The notes below the pieces were generated by a model. That model made no database searches. It saw nothing but the letters and a program-made list of their open reading frames with translations, and was not told the DNA's origin. From contig JANLOX010000087.1 in the NCBI GenBank assembly GCA_031366795.1, positions 1-17,822 on the forward strand: 17,822 nucleotides of DNA, read 5' to 3'. How positions within the stretch are numbered: position 1 is the stretch's first letter; the number at the start of each line of letters is the position of its first letter. Source of the stretch: Candidatus Eiseniibacteriota bacterium. GTDB lineage: Bacteria > Eisenbacteria > RBG-16-71-46. Positions 16,445 through 17,822 of this stretch are shown piece by piece. Position numbers and translations under genes: made by a program.

Positions 16445-17779
16445 CTAGCCGCGTGGCTTCATGCGCCACAGGGTCGCTGCGAGCAGGGCGCTCGCGACCG
16501 AGCCGCCGATCCATAGCGCAATGGGGCCCGACCAGTCGCGGAAGTGCCGCGAACCATCGGCGAGCACGGTCATGTGGGAGTTGAGGAACATCCCCGACAA
16601 CTTTTCCTGCACCGCGGCGGCGATGTAGGAGATGAAGCCGATGAATCCCATCGCCATGCCCGCCGCGCGTTTCGAGGACACATCGACGGCCAGCAGACCG
16701 CCGAGAACGACGAGGATTCCCGATAGTGTGAAGCCGTAGACGATCATGGCGCCGGTCAGCACGTAGGCATTGCGTGGCCCGAAGAACAACACGAACAGCG
16801 CGATGACTTCGACGATGCCGAACAGCAGCGTCGCCGGCGCGCGGCGGCCCTTGAACCACAGGTCGCTCACGAACCCGTACGCGACCGCGCCGAACAATCC
16901 CGAGACGGTGTTGATGCCGATGAACGCGGTCGCCGACAGCAACGAGTAGCCGCGCTCCTCCTGCAAATAGAGGACGCCCCAGCTCTTGACGCCATAGCGC
17001 GTGATGAACATCAGCGCGCTCGCGAGGGCACAGGTCCACACCGCGGGATTCCGGATGACTTCGAGTTGGGCCGCGCGCGTGGAGGCTGCTGTCTCCTGGT
17101 GTGGCTCGCCCCGCCACTCGTGAACCTCGGGCAGGCCGTACGCCTGCGGCCTGTCCCGCAGCACGAACAGCGCCGCGATCGCGATGATCGCGCACGCGAT
17201 GCCGGGTGCGAGGAAACCCGCGCGCCAGCCGAGGTGGGCGACGATCGTGCCGGTGGCGATGTAGGTCGTCCCTTCGCCGAGGGAGTGCGCGGCGCTCCAG
17301 ATGCCATAGGCGCGCCCGCGCTCGCGCCCACTGAACCACTGCGTCAGGCTGCGCACGCTTGTCGCGGCACCCACGCCCTGGCTGTAGCCATTCATCACCC
17401 ACAGCATGCACGCCGCGAGGAACAGCGTATTGAAGCCCATCAGGATATTCAGCACGGCGCTCAAGCCAAGACCGAGCGCGAGGAACCGCGACACGCGCAC
17501 GCGGTCGGCGAGGATTCCGTTCAGCAGTTTGCCCACCGCGTAGGCACCGAGCAGGCAGGTGCCCAATGTGCCGAGTTGATCCGCGTTGTAGATGTGCGCA
17601 TCGATCAGCGGCTTCTTCACCACGTCGAGCACGCTGCGTGTCGTGTAGAAGAACGCGTACACGATGGTCAGACCGGACAGGACGCGCGTGCGCGTGGCCT
17701 TGTACAGATTGTCCCGCGCCTCGCCCTCGAGGCGAACCGGAGCATCGGGAAGGGGCAGGAGGAATGCGGGAATGCGCAT
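16445..17779 (-). CDS. MFS transporter, organophosphate:Pi antiporter (OPA; GlpT/UhpC/PgtP-like) family
   Basis: YAFFYTTR, AYAVGK..NG.LADR, WFSGRERGRAYGIWSAAHSLG, LRDRPQAYGLP, FITRYG..SW and SKRAAG.A.GF.G..SY. About 12 hydrophobic segments. The frame stays open to the window edge, so the true start could be further upstream. Confidence 0.93.
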   Translation of the reverse strand: MRIPAFLLPLPDAPVRLEGEARDNLYKATRTRVLSGLTIVYAFFYTTRSVLDVVKKPLIDAHIYNADQLGTLGTCLLGAYAVGKLLNGILADRVRVSRFLALGLGLSAVLNILMGFNTLFLAACMLWVMNGYSQGVGAATSVRSLTQWFSGRERGRAYGIWSAAHSLGEGTTYIATGTIVAHLGWRAGFLAPGIACAIIAIAALFVLRDRPQAYGLPEVHEWRGEPHQETAASTRAAQLEVIRNPAVWTCALASALMFITRYGVKSWGVLYLQEERGYSLLSATAFIGINTVSGLFGAVAYGFVSDLWFKGRRAPATLLFGIVEVIALFVLFFGPRNAYVLTGAMIVYGFTLSGILVVLGGLLAVDVSSKRAAGMAMGFIGFISYIAAAVQEKLSGMFLNSHMTVLADGSRHFRDWSGPIALWIGGSVASALLAATLWRMKPRG

Positions 17780-17822
17780 CAGGTCACAATGAATGTGACC
17801 GTCGCTCGGAGCAAGAGGTGGT

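Noticed and set aside
16230..17411. 393-aa minus-strand ORF, and the 319-aa plus-strand ORF at 15625-16584
   Set aside because: Alternative-frame or antisense shadows of the MFS and nucleotidyltransferase genes, with no recognisable motifs.
1..17822. CRISPR array, tRNA/rRNA, known riboswitch or selenocysteine read-through
   Set aside because: No regularly spaced repeats, no recognisable RNA-gene or aptamer consensus, and no in-frame TGA at redox-motif positions.

Overview
High-GC bacterial chromosomal window, densely coding, with about 19 supportable CDSs. No rRNA, tRNA, CRISPR array, transposase or integrase is recognisable. Left part: thioredoxin (5'-truncated) converging on a minus-strand run of NRDE/TANGO2-family protein, small Zn-ribbon protein, HAD hydrolase, 113-aa unknown protein and bifunctional NAD(P)HX repair enzyme (nnr). 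Centre (4334-9960): a plus-strand, apparently co-transcribed set of four exported proteins. Two are divergent tandem paralogues of a family I do not recognise (one with a cleavable signal peptide, one a lipoprotein), followed by a GILT/DsbA-like thioredoxin-fold protein and a GH50 (beta-agarase-like) glycoside hydrolase. The first three each carry an E-C-x-x-C motif and many D-(S/T)-hydrophobic sequons. This is the best candidate for an undescribed system. Right part is mostly minus strand: host-attachment (baeRF12-like) protein, lipoprotein, GAF histidine kinase with a degenerate GGDEF-like tail plus a stand-alone receiver, M19 dipeptidase, small Zn-finger protein (plus strand), GT2, nucleotidyltransferase and an OPA-family MFS transporter. 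All calls come from motif recognition by eye; no searches were run.
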